Source: Ignicoccus pacificus DSM 13166 (lineage in GTDB: Archaea > Thermoproteota > Thermoprotei_A > Sulfolobales > Ignicoccaceae). Taken from it: a stretch of DNA of 32,000 nucleotides. Positions 31,580 to 32,000 of the stretch are shown in pieces (position 1 is the stretch's first letter; the number at the start of each line of letters is the position of its first letter). The notes under the pieces were generated by a model, which worked only from the letters and a program-made list of their open reading frames with translations, did no database searches and was not told where the DNA came from. The position numbers and the translations under genes were made by a program. The DNA lies in the NCBI GenBank assembly GCA_025340205.1, contig CP006868.1:1380001-1412000 (forward strand), in the 5' to 3' direction.

Positions 31580-32000
31580 ATGAGGAGGTTCGCCCTCTAC
31601 CTCTTAGCCGCTCTCCTCCTACTGCCCCTCCTCCAAGCTGCTAGGCCAGCGGGACCAGTGATCCTCGTTGACCTAGCTCACGGAGAGAACACCAGGGGTC
31701 TCTGTCTGTTCATGAAGATGATGCCCGAGGCCTATTGGGAGATCCTAGTACCCTCCAAGAACTACCAACTGCCTCCGTGCTCCGTCAAGCCCTACAAGGT
31801 ACTGGTGGGAGACTTCTCCTCTAGGCAAGTGGTGGAGGCTCTCAAGGAGGTAGACGCCGTGATCATAGGCCAGCCAACTCAGTACTTCACTAAGGCTGAG
31901 CTCAAGGAGATAGCCAACTGGTTCAAGTCCACTCCCGGAAAGGTGCTCTGGTGCGCTGGCGACAGCGACTATCCCGCTCAAGGAGGAAACATGGAGGTAG
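31580..32000 (+). CDS. secreted protein, 3' end cut by window edge (not in supplied ORF track)
   Basis: From ATG 31580 I read an open frame to the window end with no stop. The translation is MRRFALYLLAALLLLPLLQAARPAGPVILVDLAHGENTRG...KEIANWFKSTPGKVLWCAGDSDYPAQGGNMEV. It has a signal-peptide-like N-terminus. 'ILVDLAHGE' is reminiscent of DUF4350-type domains, but only weakly. Confidence 0.6.
   Translation, partial: MRRFALYLLAALLLLPLLQAARPAGPVILVDLAHGENTRGLCLFMKMMPEAYWEILVPSKNYQLPPCSVKPYKVLVGDFSSRQVVEALKEVDAVIIGQPTQYFTKAELKEIANWFKSTPGKVLWCAGDSDYPAQGGNMEV

Overview
Densely packed, two-stranded chromosomal segment that reads like a hyperthermophilic crenarchaeon. This is an inference from gene content and signals: an exosome rrp4-rrp41-rrp42 operon, a TFE-beta/RPC34-like factor, A-type ATPase F and E subunits, a DUF655-ksgA pair, AGG/AGA/ATA codon bias, TATA boxes about 25-35 nt upstream of many starts, frequent GTG/TTG starts and 1-4 nt gene overlaps. 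I can support 42 protein-coding genes. Two are cut by the window edges, and the one starting at 31580 is missing from the supplied ORF track. There is one tRNA-Leu(CAA) with encoded CCA, and no rRNA, CRISPR array or intact mobile element. Most genes are housekeeping (aroA, hypE, sirtuin, radical SAM, M24 peptidase, Usp, ActP-like symporter, nadA, ksgA). Six things deserve a second look. (1) An archaeosortase-like membrane protein lies 10 nt downstream of a surface protein with 21 N-glycosylation sequons, whose C-terminal tail motif recurs on a second secreted protein 8 kb away. (2) A cluster of a coiled-coil protein, a PATAN/DUF4388-like protein and a Roadblock/LC7 double-zinc-ribbon protein has no GTPase in view. 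(3) A roughly 330-nt ORF-free region (13501-13830) is rich in hairpins and holds an exact 12-nt direct repeat. (4) A roughly 750-nt AT-richer gap (24501-25245) carries a 32-bp near-perfect palindrome and a stop-interrupted frame continuous with the DUF655 gene. (5) A membrane-anchored CxxCH protein sits next to a His-bearing polytopic membrane protein. (6) tRNA-Leu(CAA) lies directly upstream of an RNA m5C methyltransferase gene. All family calls come from motif recognition by eye, with no searches run.
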